DNA of 64,000 bases from Acidimicrobiia bacterium (GTDB lineage Bacteria; Actinomycetota; Acidimicrobiia; IMCC26256; JAOSJL01), in NCBI GenBank assembly GCA_041394025.1, contig JAWKJA010000002.1, positions 787,178-851,177 on the forward strand, written 5' to 3'. Positions 9,537 to 18,967 of this stretch are shown one piece after another. Positions within the stretch are counted from its first letter, which is position 1, and every line of letters starts with the position of its first letter. The notes beneath the pieces were generated by a model. The model searched no databases, was not told where the DNA came from, and was given only the letters and a program-made list of their open reading frames with translations. The position numbers were made by a program, and so were the translations under genes.

Positions 9537-10060
9537 TCCGCTGTCCCCGAGCCGCCCGGCCAGGACGCACGCAGCTTTTCGTAGCTCGTGCGGAGGTCCT
9601 CGGGCATGACGCGAGTCTCCGCGACCGTCGTCATGAAGTTCGTATCGGCCGCCCAGCGCGGCAGCACGTGGACGTGCAGGTGGCCCGGGACCCCGGCACC
9701 GGCCGCCGTGCCGAGGTTCATGCCGATGTTCACGCCGTCGGGGCGGTAGGCGGCCTTCACGGCCACCGTGGCGTCGCGCACCATCCGGGTCAGGGCCGTG
9801 AGCTCCTCGTCGGTGAGGTCCTCGAGCGGACCGACCCGGCGTAGCGGCGCCACCATGCAGTGGCCCGACGAGTAGGGGTACGCGTTCATGACGGCGAACA
9901 CCGACGCGTCGCGGGCGAGCACGAGAGCCTCGTCAGGATCTGCATCGGCCAGGCGCTCGAAGAGATCGCCGGTCGCCGCCTCGCCCTCGGAGCGGTTGTC
10001 GTCGGCCACGCCCTCCACGTAGGACGAACGCCACCCCGCCCAGATCCGCTCGATGCTCAT
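9533..10060 (-). CDS. HIT-family nucleotide hydrolase/phosphorylase (Rv2613c / Ap4A phosphorylase-like)
   Basis: 175 aa with the histidine triad HLHVHVLPR. Lies directly downstream of thrS, as in M. tuberculosis. Confidence 0.85.
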   Translation of the reverse strand: MSIERIWAGWRSSYVEGVADDNRSEGEAATGDLFERLADADPDEALVLARDASVFAVMNAYPYSSGHCMVAPLRRVGPLEDLTDEELTALTRMVRDATVAVKAAYRPDGVNIGMNLGTAAGAGVPGHLHVHVLPRWAADTNFMTTVAETRVMPEDLRTSYEKLRASWPGGSGTAE

Positions 10061-10105
10061 GACGAGGCGATGGGCGCCACAGGACAGGTCACGGGCTGAA
10101 CTCCG

Positions 10106-12073
10106 TCATGATCGAGCAGCAACAGACGCGGCGAGTTCGTCCACGAACAGGTCCACAGGAACGTCGCGCTCGGGCTCCTTCACACCACGCCGGTTCACGC
10201 CCACGGTCCCGGCCTCCGCGTCGGCGTCACCGACCACGAGAACATAGGGAACCTTGGCGAGGCGGGCATCGCGGACACGGGCGCCGAGCGAATCGTGCGA
10301 GGCGTCGACGCGCTCGACCCGGTATCCCTCCGACTCGAGTCGGTCGGCGACGCGAAGGGCGTACGGATCATGGCGGTCGGCCACCGGCAGCACCGTGACC
10401 TGCACCGGCGCCAGCCACGTGGGGAATGCTCCGGCGTAGTGCTCGATGAGAAGGCCGAAGAACCGTTCGATCGAGCCGAACAGCGCACGGTGGATCATGA
10501 TCGGCTGGTGCTTCTCGTTGTCGGAGCCGACGTAGCTCAGCCCGAAGCGAGCGGGCTCCTGGAAGTCGACCTGGAGCGTCGAGAGCTGCCAGCGCCGCCC
10601 GATGGCGTCGCGCACGTGGATGTCGATCTTCGGGCCGTAGAAGGCCCCCTCCCCCTCCGCGACCTCGAACGGGATCTCGGTCGCCCCGATGGCCTCGATG
10701 AGCGCCGCCGTCGCCAGGTCCCAGTCGGTCCCCGAGCCGACGGACTTCCCCTCGGGGCGTGTCGACACGTCGGCCTCGAAGTCCTCGAAGCCGAAGGCCC
10801 GTAGCAGCCGGGTCACGAACTCGATGAGCTCGCTCAGCACGTCGACGATCTGATCGCGCGAGCAGAAGATGTGGCTGTCGTCCTGCGTGAAGCCACGGCT
10901 CCGCAGGAGACCGTGCAGAACACCCGACCGTTCGTAGCGGTAGACGGAGCCCAGTTCGAAGATCCGTACGGGCAGGTCACGGTACGAGCGCGTGTGGGAC
11001 CTGTAGATCAGGATGTGGAACGGGCAGTTCATGGGCTTGGGGTAGTACTGAGCGCCCTCCACCTCCATGGGTGGGTACATGCCCTCGGCGTAGAAGTCGA
11101 GGTGACCGCTCGTCTCCCACAGGTTCGACCTGGCGATGTGGGGTGTGAACACGAGGTCGTAGCCGGCGGCCTCGTGCTCGTCGCGCGAGTAGTCCTCCAT
11201 CACGCGGCGTACCGCAGCGCCCTTCGGGTGCCACAGCGCCAGCCCGGCTCCGAGCTCCTCGGGAAAGGAGAAGAGGTCGAGCTCGGCTCCGAGGCGCCGA
11301 TGGTCGCGCCGCTCGGCCTCGGCAAGCCGCTCCAGGTGCTCGTCGAGTGCCTTCTGCGACTCCCACGCGGTGCCGTAGATCCGCTGCAGCATCGGGCGCT
11401 TCTCGTCACCGCGCCAGTAGGCCCCCGCGACGTGGAGGAGCTTGAATGCACCGAGACGGCCCGTGGACGGGACGTGCGGGCCGCGGCAGAGGTCGACGAA
11501 CTCGTCGGCGCCGTCGCGCGGGTTGCGGTAGAGCGAGATCACCTCACCGTCCTCGACCTCGGACGAGTCCGTCGGGTCGACGCGCTCGATGATCTCACGC
11601 TTGTAGGGCTGGTCGGAGAAGATCCGCAGCGCGTCGTCCCGGTCGACCTCGTCGCGCACGAACTCCTCGTCGTCCGCCACGATCTGGCGCATCCTCTCCT
11701 CGATGCGCTCGAGATCCCCCTCGGAGAAGTGCTCTCCCCCGGGGAGCTCGAAGTCGTAGTAGAAGCCGTCCTCGATGGCCGGGCCGATCGCGAACCTGGC
11801 ACCGGGGAACAGGTCCGTCACGGCCTGGGCGAGCACGTGCGCCGTGGAATGACGCAGGACCTCACGACCCTCGGGCGACGCGGGCGTGATGATCTCCAGG
11901 GCGACGTCGCGCTCGATCGGGTGGTCGAGGTCGGTCCAGGCGCCATCCTCACGCGCGGCGAGGGCGTCACGGCCGAGGCGCTGTCCGATACCGGACGCGA
12001 TCTCCCCTGCCGTCACACCAGCGGGGTGCTGCTGCGTGGAGCCGTCGGGAAGCGTGATGGTGAGGTCGCTCAT
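10106..12073 (-). CDS. thrS: Threonine--tRNA ligase
   Basis: 655 aa. TGS-like N-terminus, editing-domain HSTAHVLAQAV, class II core (FRDEVS-like HGLLRSRGFTQDDSHIF) and a C-terminal anticodon-binding domain. Confidence 0.95.
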   Translation of the reverse strand: MSDLTITLPDGSTQQHPAGVTAGEIASGIGQRLGRDALAAREDGAWTDLDHPIERDVALEIITPASPEGREVLRHSTAHVLAQAVTDLFPGARFAIGPAIEDGFYYDFELPGGEHFSEGDLERIEERMRQIVADDEEFVRDEVDRDDALRIFSDQPYKREIIERVDPTDSSEVEDGEVISLYRNPRDGADEFVDLCRGPHVPSTGRLGAFKLLHVAGAYWRGDEKRPMLQRIYGTAWESQKALDEHLERLAEAERRDHRRLGAELDLFSFPEELGAGLALWHPKGAAVRRVMEDYSRDEHEAAGYDLVFTPHIARSNLWETSGHLDFYAEGMYPPMEVEGAQYYPKPMNCPFHILIYRSHTRSYRDLPVRIFELGSVYRYERSGVLHGLLRSRGFTQDDSHIFCSRDQIVDVLSELIEFVTRLLRAFGFEDFEADVSTRPEGKSVGSGTDWDLATAALIEAIGATEIPFEVAEGEGAFYGPKIDIHVRDAIGRRWQLSTLQVDFQEPARFGLSYVGSDNEKHQPIMIHRALFGSIERFFGLLIEHYAGAFPTWLAPVQVTVLPVADRHDPYALRVADRLESEGYRVERVDASHDSLGARVRDARLAKVPYVLVVGDADAEAGTVGVNRRGVKEPERDVPVDLFVDELAASVAARS

Positions 12074-12148
12074 CGGCGGGCGACGTTACCAGCGGCCCCC
12101 TGTGAACCCCGCGACTGTTACCCGGACAGGTGCGGACGTCGCAGCGTG

Positions 12149-13315
12149 TCAGAGGCCGACGCCCATGAGCTCCGACAGCTCGCAAAGTGTCGACGGCGCC
12201 GACTCGTCGGAGCCGCCCGAGAGGATGGCGCTCGCCAGGTCGTCGAGCGCCTCCAGCGCGCGCGGTGCATCGAGATCGTCGTCGAGCGCGGCGCGTACCC
12301 TCGCGGAGAACGGCCGGGGGTCGGGACCGGAGTCGCGCCTCGCCGCAGCTGTGAGCCGGTTGAGGAGCGCCGTGCCCTCCTCGATGTCGGTGTCGTACCA
12401 CTCGAAGCCGGCGCGGTAGTGGTGGCGGAGCAGCGCCAGGCGTATCGCCCGGGGGTCGGCAGTGTCGAGCAGGTCGCTGACGAACACGAGGTTGCCGAGC
12501 GACTTCGACATCTTCTCGCCCTCGTAGTTCACCATCGCCGAGTGCATCCAGTGGCGTGCGTACGGCTCGCCCGAGAGCGCCTCGCTCTGGGCGATCTCGC
12601 TCTCGTGGTGCGGGAAGATGAGGTCGGTGCCACCGCCGTGGAGGTCGAGGGTCGGGCCGTGCTCGTGCATGGCCATGGCGGAGCACTCGATGTGCCAGCC
12701 CGGCCGACCCGTTCCGAACGGTGCCCGCCACGCCGGTTCGTCGGGCCCGGAGGCCTGCCACAGCACGAAGTCGAGCGGCGCCCGCCGACTGGGGTCGTCG
12801 GGGTTGCCGCCGCGGGCACGGGCCAGTCGGACCATCTGGTCCTCCGGGTAGTGCGACAGCTTGCCGTAGTCGGGAAACCGGGACACGTCGTAGTAGACGG
12901 TGCCGTGCGTGAGGTAGGCGTGACCCGATTCGAGGAGTCGACCGACGAGATCCTGGATGTGGGGGATGGCCTCTGTGGCGCGGGGCTCGGCGACGGCGGG
13001 GCGCATCCCGAGGGACTCCATGTCGCTGCGGAACCGGCGCATCTCCGCTTCCGCGAGCTCGAGGTAGGGAACGGCGAGCTCGCGGGCCTTCGGGAGGATC
13101 GAGTCGTCGACGTCGGTGACGTTGCGAACCATCCGGACGTCGTGGCCGAGCTCCTCGAGACGACGGATCAGGAGGTCGTACGCCAGGTATGTCGCGGCAT
13201 GGCCCAGATGGGTCGAATCGTAGGGGGTGATACCGCACACGTACATGCGCACGGTCTCGGGTGGTTCGAAGGGAACCACCTCGCGGCGGGCGGTGTCGTA
13301 GAGACGGAGCCCCAC
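12149..13315 (-). CDS. mshC: L-cysteine:1D-myo-inositol 2-amino-2-deoxy-alpha-D-glucopyranoside ligase (mycothiol ligase MshC)
   Basis: 388 aa CysRS-like catalytic core (MYVCGITPYDSTHLGHAATY, GRPGWHIECSAMA, GGGTDLIFPHHE, KMSKSLGN) without the CysRS anticodon domain. Collinear with M. tuberculosis MshC as I recall it, including the DDDLDAP and terminal ..GVGL motifs. Confidence 0.8.
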   Translation of the reverse strand: MGLRLYDTARREVVPFEPPETVRMYVCGITPYDSTHLGHAATYLAYDLLIRRLEELGHDVRMVRNVTDVDDSILPKARELAVPYLELAEAEMRRFRSDMESLGMRPAVAEPRATEAIPHIQDLVGRLLESGHAYLTHGTVYYDVSRFPDYGKLSHYPEDQMVRLARARGGNPDDPSRRAPLDFVLWQASGPDEPAWRAPFGTGRPGWHIECSAMAMHEHGPTLDLHGGGTDLIFPHHESEIAQSEALSGEPYARHWMHSAMVNYEGEKMSKSLGNLVFVSDLLDTADPRAIRLALLRHHYRAGFEWYDTDIEEGTALLNRLTAAARRDSGPDPRPFSARVRAALDDDLDAPRALEALDDLASAILSGGSDESAPSTLCELSELMGVGL

Positions 13316-13317
13316 GC

Positions 13318-13974
13318 TCAGGGCTCGATGCCGCGCAGCGATACGCTGCCCCGGCCCTCGTGGCGGAGGTTGGCGGTGAGCAGGACCGCCGCGAATGCCT
13401 CGAGGCCGACCGAGTTGTGCAGGGAGCCGCCGTCGAAGGCACGGACGTGCGGAATCGAGCCGACGAGCTCGATCACGGCCCTCCGCGCGGCGTCGTCGTC
13501 ACCGACGACGGTGATGTCGTCCTCCATGGCCGTGTCGAGATCGGCGAAGACAGCGGCTGGAACGTGGTGGAACGCCGCCGTGACACGCGCGTCGGGTGCC
13601 GCCGCCTGAATGGCCAGCGCGATCGACCCCTCTTCGGGGAGGATGGCGCGGAACTCGTTCCCCACCTTCTGGAGGCCGTTGGCCATCGACACCACGATCC
13701 GGCCTGCCAGGGCGTCGGCGTGCTGCTCGGCGGTGGAGGCTGCTGCATCCCATTTCGTGGCGATCACGACGATGTCGCTTGCGGCGGCCTCGGCGTTGTC
13801 GGCCGCCCGCAACGTGGCGACCCGGCCCCCCCAGCGCGTGCGGAGCTCCTCGACGATCGCCTGGGCCTTCGCAGGGTCGCGGGACCCGACGACGACGTCG
13901 TGGCCGACGGACGCGAGCCGCGCGGCGAGGCCACGCCCGGCGGGGCCCGTGGCCCCGAAAATCCCGATCTGCAC
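13318..13974 (-). CDS. npdG: NADPH-dependent F420 reductase (NpdG/Fno family)
   Basis: 218 aa. Rossmann N-terminus MQIGIFGATGPAGRGLAARLASVGHDVVVGSRD typical of F420-dependent NADP oxidoreductases. Confidence 0.75.
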   Translation of the reverse strand: MQIGIFGATGPAGRGLAARLASVGHDVVVGSRDPAKAQAIVEELRTRWGGRVATLRAADNAEAAASDIVVIATKWDAAASTAEQHADALAGRIVVSMANGLQKVGNEFRAILPEEGSIALAIQAAAPDARVTAAFHHVPAAVFADLDTAMEDDITVVGDDDAARRAVIELVGSIPHVRAFDGGSLHNSVGLEAFAAVLLTANLRHEGRGSVSLRGIEP

Positions 13975-14030
13975 GGGCCTAGGTTGGCAGACCGGGCGTG
14001 GACCGTCGGGATTGCGCGTGGCGGGTGCGG

Positions 14031-17000
14031 CTACGAGGCCACACAGCCGTCACCCAGGAGTATCCGCAGCTCGGCGTAGAGCCCGTTGGAGGAGTCGACG
14101 ACGAACTCGTCGCCGAGTTGAACGACGGTCGTCTTGTCGGGGCCCTCGAGCTGCACGTAGACGGGGCTGTCACCGGGGTGCTCGAGGAGGAGCGCCTTCA
14201 GGTCACGCACCCTCTCCGGGGCCAGGGACCCGACCGGGACGCGGAGCCGCACGGGGGGGCCGCCGTCGAACACGACATCGGGTGCGGTGATCTCCATGGC
14301 GATGATCTTCGGCTGGTCGTCGCGACGGTCGACCCTGCCCTTGACGCACACGATCTCGCCGTCGGCGTCGTCGTGGAGGAGGTGGCCGAAGGCGACCATC
14401 GTCTTGGGGAACACCATCACCTCGAGCGCACCATCCATGTCCTCGAGGGTGAACGTGGCCATGAGGTCGCCGCGTTTGGTGTAGCGGCGAGCCAGCGCCG
14501 TGACGACGCCGGCGGTGGTGCGCGTCTCGCCGTCGCTCAGCTCACGGAGCTCGGAGAGCCCGCACTCGACGTAGCGACGCAGTGACCGTTGCGCCGCGAG
14601 CATCGGATGCTCGCTCACGTAGAGCCCGAGCATCTCCTTTTCCAGGCCGAGGCGCTTCTTCTTGTCGAACTCCCCGTCGGGGATCGGCTCTCGCTCGCCG
14701 AAGCCGCTGCCGTTCTCGAGGTCGCCACCGACGTCGCCGAAGAGGCTCATGATCCCGGCGTCGCGTTCGCGCCGCCGGGCGACCGTGCGGTCGACGATCG
14801 TCTCGAACACGCTGAGCAGTCCCTGCCGGGGGTGTCCGAGTGAGTCGAAGGCACCCGCCTTGATCAGGGACTCGATGGTCCGCTTGTTGAGAACGACCGG
14901 GTCGACGCGCTCGCAGAAGTCGTAGAAGTCCTCGAACGGGCCGGTGGCACGGCGCTCGTCGATCATGAGGCCCACCAGGCCCTCGCCGACGTTGCGCACC
15001 GCCGACAGGCCGAACCGGATGGCCCCGTCGCGAACGGTGAAGTCACTCTCCGAGGCGTTGACGTCGGGAACCCGGACCTCGACACCGAGCCGGCGCGCCT
15101 CGTTCAGGTAGACCGCACTCTTGTCCTTGTCGCCCTTCACGCTCGTGAGCAACGCGGCCAGGTACTCCCGGGGATGGTTCGCCTTGAGCCAGGCGGTCTG
15201 GTAGGCGACGAGCCCGTACCCGAAGGAGTGCGACTTGTTGAAGGAGTAGTCGGCGAACGGCTCGATGATGTCGAACATCTCCTCACCGAACGCACGGTCG
15301 TGGCCCTGCGTGACACATCCCTCGACGAACTTCGAGCGGTGCTCGGCGATGAGCTCGCGGATCTTCTTGCCCGTGGCCTTGCGGAGGTTGTCGGCCTCCT
15401 CGAGGGAGTAGCCGGCGAGCTTCTGGGCCACGCGCATCAGCTGCTCCTGGTAGATCATCAGCCCGTAGGTGGGCTCGAGGATCTCGACGAGGTCGTCGTG
15501 GTAGTAGGTGACGGGCTTGCGGCCGTTCTTGCGGTCGGCGAAGTCGGTGTGCATGTTCGACTCCATCGGGCCCGGTCGGTACAGAGCCACGAGCGCGCAG
15601 ATGTCCTCGAACGTCGTGGGCGCGAGAGATCGCATGAGGGAGCGCATCGGGCCCCCCTCGAGCTGGAACACGCCGATGGAGTCGCCGGCGCGCAGCATCG
15701 CGAAGGTCTTGTCGTCGTCGAGGGGGACGCGGTCGATGTCGGGACGCTCGCCGGTGCTGTCCTCCACGAGGTCGAGAGCGATCTCCATCACGTCGAGGTT
15801 GCGGAGCCCGAGGAAGTCCATCTTGAGCAGGCCCAGGTCCTCGACCCCGTGCATCTCGTACTGCGTGACGATCGGGGCGTCGTCGAGGTCGCCACCGGGC
15901 TGCGGCTTGCGCTGGATGGGAACGTACTCGGTGAGCGGGTCGCGCGTGATCACGACCGCGGCGGCGTGGATGCCGTCCTGGCGCCGCATCCCCTCGAGGC
16001 CGCGTGCGACGTCGATGACGCGCTTGGCCTCGGGGTCGGACCCGTACAGCTCGCGGAGGTCGGCCGCCATCTTGTAGCCCTCTGCGTGCTTGTCGGTCTT
16101 CTCGAGGCATGCAGCGAGAGGTGTGTCGCGACCCATGATGAGCGGTGGCATGAGCTTGGCGATCTTGTCGCCCACGGAATACGGGAACCCGAGGACGCGG
16201 GCACCGTCGCGCACGGCCGCGCGCGCCTTGATGGTGGAGAACGTGACGATCTGGGCGACACGGTCCTCGCCGTAGCGCTCGGCGGCGTACCTGATCATCT
16301 CGCCGCGGTAGCGGCTGTCGAAGTCCATGTCGATGTCGGGCATCTGCTTGCGGCCGGGGTTGAGGAAGCGCTCGAACAGCAGGTCGTAGCGGATCGGGTC
16401 GATGTCGACGATGTCGAGGCAGTAGGCGACGCACGACCCGGCGGCGCTGCCCCGGCCCGGGCCGACCCGGATGCTGCGGCTGCGGGCGTGGCGCACGAGG
16501 TCCCACACCACGAGGAAGTAGGCCGAGAAGCCCATCGCGGAGATGACCCCGAGCTCGTAGTCGATCCGTTCCGCGACGTGTGGCGGAAGAGTGTCGCCGT
16601 AGCGGCGGTGGGCGCCCTCCTCGGTGAGGTGGCGGAGGTAGGTGTCCTGGTCGTGGCCCTCGGGAACCGGGAACTCGGGAAGGACCGGCTGGTCGAACTC
16701 GATCTCGACCTGTGCCCGCTCGGCGACGAGCAGCGTGTTGTCGCAGGCATCGGGGTGGTCCGCGAAGAGATCCCGCATCTCCTGTGCGCTCTTGAGGTAG
16801 AACTCCTCGGCGTCGAAGGTGAAGCGGTTCGGGTCGTCCATCGTGGAGCCGGTCTGCACACACAACAATGCGTCGTGCGCCTCGGCGTCGTGCTTGTGGG
16901 TGTAGTGGCTGTCGTTGGTGGCGAGGAGTGGGGCGTCGAGGCGCCGGGCAATCTCGACGAGCTGCGGGTTGACGAGGTGATCCTCGGCCAATCCGTGATC

Positions 17001-17531
17001 CTGGAGCTCGACGAAGAACGAGTCGCGCCCGAACACACTCTGGAAGCGCTCGACGGCACTCTCGGCCCCCGCCCGGTCGTTCTTCTGGAGGAGCTGGCAG
17101 ACGAGCCCGCCGAGACAGCCACTGGTGGCGACGAGGCCCTCGCTGTGGCGCTCGAGAAGATCCCAGTCGGCTCGCGGCTTGTAGTAGAAGCCGTCGAGGT
17201 AGGCGCGTGAGGACACCGCCATCAGGTTGTGGTACCCGACGTCGTTCTCCGCGAGCAGCGTGAGGTGGAAGATCTCGTGCTCGGAGCGCTTGGGCCGCTC
17301 GGTACGCGGGGTCGTGACGAAGTAGGCCTCGGTTCCGATGACGGGGTCGAGGCCCGCGTCACGCGCCGAGCGGTAGAAGTCGAGGACCCCGTACATGTTG
17401 CCGTGGTCGGTGATGCCGATGGCCGGTTGGCCGTCGCCGGCGGCGGCCGCCACGACCTCGTCGATCCGCGAGGCGCCGTCGAGCATGGAGTACTCGGTGT
17501 GGAGGTGCAGGTGGGCGAAGGACGCGCTCAC
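14031..17531 (-). CDS. dnaE: DNA polymerase III alpha subunit (DnaE1)
   Basis: PHP domain begins at FAHLHLHTEYSMLDGA. Polymerase core, beta-binding and OB-fold regions are present. Start placed at GTG 17531 (GGAG 10 nt upstream), giving 1166 aa. The ORF extends to 17729, but the extra 66 codons are Arg-rich non-homologous sequence. Confidence 0.93.
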   Translation of the reverse strand: MSASFAHLHLHTEYSMLDGASRIDEVVAAAAGDGQPAIGITDHGNMYGVLDFYRSARDAGLDPVIGTEAYFVTTPRTERPKRSEHEIFHLTLLAENDVGYHNLMAVSSRAYLDGFYYKPRADWDLLERHSEGLVATSGCLGGLVCQLLQKNDRAGAESAVERFQSVFGRDSFFVELQDHGLAEDHLVNPQLVEIARRLDAPLLATNDSHYTHKHDAEAHDALLCVQTGSTMDDPNRFTFDAEEFYLKSAQEMRDLFADHPDACDNTLLVAERAQVEIEFDQPVLPEFPVPEGHDQDTYLRHLTEEGAHRRYGDTLPPHVAERIDYELGVISAMGFSAYFLVVWDLVRHARSRSIRVGPGRGSAAGSCVAYCLDIVDIDPIRYDLLFERFLNPGRKQMPDIDMDFDSRYRGEMIRYAAERYGEDRVAQIVTFSTIKARAAVRDGARVLGFPYSVGDKIAKLMPPLIMGRDTPLAACLEKTDKHAEGYKMAADLRELYGSDPEAKRVIDVARGLEGMRRQDGIHAAAVVITRDPLTEYVPIQRKPQPGGDLDDAPIVTQYEMHGVEDLGLLKMDFLGLRNLDVMEIALDLVEDSTGERPDIDRVPLDDDKTFAMLRAGDSIGVFQLEGGPMRSLMRSLAPTTFEDICALVALYRPGPMESNMHTDFADRKNGRKPVTYYHDDLVEILEPTYGLMIYQEQLMRVAQKLAGYSLEEADNLRKATGKKIRELIAEHRSKFVEGCVTQGHDRAFGEEMFDIIEPFADYSFNKSHSFGYGLVAYQTAWLKANHPREYLAALLTSVKGDKDKSAVYLNEARRLGVEVRVPDVNASESDFTVRDGAIRFGLSAVRNVGEGLVGLMIDERRATGPFEDFYDFCERVDPVVLNKRTIESLIKAGAFDSLGHPRQGLLSVFETIVDRTVARRRERDAGIMSLFGDVGGDLENGSGFGEREPIPDGEFDKKKRLGLEKEMLGLYVSEHPMLAAQRSLRRYVECGLSELRELSDGETRTTAGVVTALARRYTKRGDLMATFTLEDMDGALEVMVFPKTMVAFGHLLHDDADGEIVCVKGRVDRRDDQPKIIAMEITAPDVVFDGGPPVRLRVPVGSLAPERVRDLKALLLEHPGDSPVYVQLEGPDKTTVVQLGDEFVVDSSNGLYAELRILLGDGCVAS

Positions 17532-17630
17532 GGCCGGCCGACTCCGCACCGCCCGCTCACGGGCATGTCGCTCACGGAGCACGACTCGTGGTGCACGTCG
17601 GCCATGTCGGTGTTCAGTCCCCCCGGCGAG

Positions 17631-17667
17631 AGTTCTCCACAGGTTCCGGGGAAGCCTGTGGAGAACT
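17631..17667. repeat. Perfect 13-bp inverted repeat with an 11-nt spacer upstream of dnaE
   Basis: AGTTCTCCACAGG ttccggggaag CCTGTGGAGAACT. Lies in the 237-bp spacer between the AlkP-family gene stop (17769) and the dnaE start (17531). No T-tract follows on the transcribed strand. Confidence 0.85.
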
Positions 17668-17768
17668 ACATCGGTGTAACTCGGCGCGTCGATCCTAGCG
17701 CGCGTCCCGCCCCGGCGGGGCTCCCTCACCCGGCCGAGACGCCGGCCGGCGCACGCTCGCGTGGTACC

Positions 17769-18863
17769 TCACGGGCCCCCGCCCGTCGCGGCCAGGAGCG
17801 GCACCTGCATCTCGTCGGGCGTGACGCTCCCGTGGGCCGCCACCAGGGAGGTCTCGCGCGGAAGCGCCGGGTCCACGAACCCGACGGGCTCCCGCGCGGC
17901 CAGGACGACGTCGCCGACGCGGCGACGGGCCGACGCCGCGACCTCGGCCCCGAGCCAGCCGTCGTCGAGCAGCTCGTCGCGTTCGAAGACCCACGCCACG
18001 TGCCCGAACTCCTCGCGGGCCGCTGCTGCCAGCTCCATGGCGCTCCCCCGCTCCGCATGCAGGTAGCGGAACCGGCCGTCACCCGAGCACGACGCCACGA
18101 GCTCGCGGAGCCCGTCGAGCTCCACCCAGCCGTCCGGACCGACCTGCACGTGACCGTGATCGGCGGTGACCGCCACCGCGGCGTGAGCGGGAAGCGCCGA
18201 CAGGAGCTCACCCACCAGGCGGTCGGTGGCAGCGAGCTCCCGGGTGAAGTAGCCGTCGAGCAGCCCGAACTCGTGGGCGACGGTGTCGACTCCCGGGTAG
18301 TAGGCGTAGACGAGCTTCTCTCCGTCCTCGACGAGCTCCCGGCATCGTTCGACGAGGGTGGATGTCGCCGACCAGCCGAAGAAGCGACTTCCCCGCAGGT
18401 GCGCCTCGGAGAAGCCCGACCCGCGGAACTCCCGCTTGGTGACGACAGGTACCGGTCGCCCGAGAAAGCCGGCGTGGCGTTGGATCTCGTAGGGGTCGGG
18501 AGGAGGGTGACCGTCTTCGTAGCGCCACCGGAGAACATTGAGGACGCGACGGTCAACCCGCATCCGGAATCCCGTGACGCCGTGCTGTGAGGGTGTCAGG
18601 CCCGTGACGATCGACGTGAGCGCCGAGCTCGTCGTCGAGGGTACGACCGTCGTGAGATCCGAGCGCTGCATCCCGGCGAGTGTCGGCAGCATGCTGCCGT
18701 GCGCGTCGAGGGAGTGTGTACCCAGCCCGTCGAGGACGAGGAGAACCACGGCATCGGCCTCGGCCAGCAGATCAGGCATCCAGGCGGGCGATGTACCCGT
18801 CAGCAACGCGGGAACGACGCCCCGGACGTTGGCGGCGTCGTAGTCCGGCCGGACGGGATCCAT
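17769..18863 (-). CDS. Alkaline-phosphatase-superfamily protein (type I phosphodiesterase/nucleotide pyrophosphatase family)
   Basis: 364 aa. Metal and nucleophile motifs LVLDGLG, VPSTTSSALTSIVTG and VTADHGH are typical of the AlkP/NPP fold. Confidence 0.7.
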   Translation of the reverse strand: MDPVRPDYDAANVRGVVPALLTGTSPAWMPDLLAEADAVVLLVLDGLGTHSLDAHGSMLPTLAGMQRSDLTTVVPSTTSSALTSIVTGLTPSQHGVTGFRMRVDRRVLNVLRWRYEDGHPPPDPYEIQRHAGFLGRPVPVVTKREFRGSGFSEAHLRGSRFFGWSATSTLVERCRELVEDGEKLVYAYYPGVDTVAHEFGLLDGYFTRELAATDRLVGELLSALPAHAAVAVTADHGHVQVGPDGWVELDGLRELVASCSGDGRFRYLHAERGSAMELAAAAREEFGHVAWVFERDELLDDGWLGAEVAASARRRVGDVVLAAREPVGFVDPALPRETSLVAAHGSVTPDEMQVPLLAATGGGP

Positions 18864-18967
18864 CGGCGCAACCTAGTGCCTCCCGTTGCCGCCGGGTGCG
18901 GCCACAACCGGACGCCACGCCGGGCGACGTTCCGCACACGCGTTGTCGGGCGTGCGACCATGGTGCC

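Noticed and set aside
10871-13609. 912-aa plus-strand ORF, and similar very long ORFs: 15174-17210 (+), 18800-20743 (-), 21153-23378 (-), 55223-57148 (+), and the N-terminal extensions of the murG, murD, ftsW and Fe-ADH ORFs.
   Set aside because: They lie antisense or out of frame to genes with unambiguous family signatures (thrS/mshC, dnaE, rluD/lspA, ileS, tesB/pfkA). Their translations are Arg/Gly/Pro/Ala-rich with no recognisable motifs. Stop-free shadow frames are expected at this GC content.
17532-17729. 66-codon N-terminal extension of the dnaE ORF.
   Set aside because: The extension is Arg-rich with no similarity to DnaE, whose PHP domain begins right after the GTG at 17531. That GTG has a GGAG upstream. 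The 13-bp palindrome lies inside the extension, which fits better with untranslated leader.
18864-18967. Divergent spacer between the AlkP-family gene and the Rrf2 regulator, inspected for an Rrf2-type palindromic operator.
   Set aside because: Only a trivial ACGCGT hexamer palindrome is present. I could not identify a credible 2x(8-10 bp) inverted repeat.
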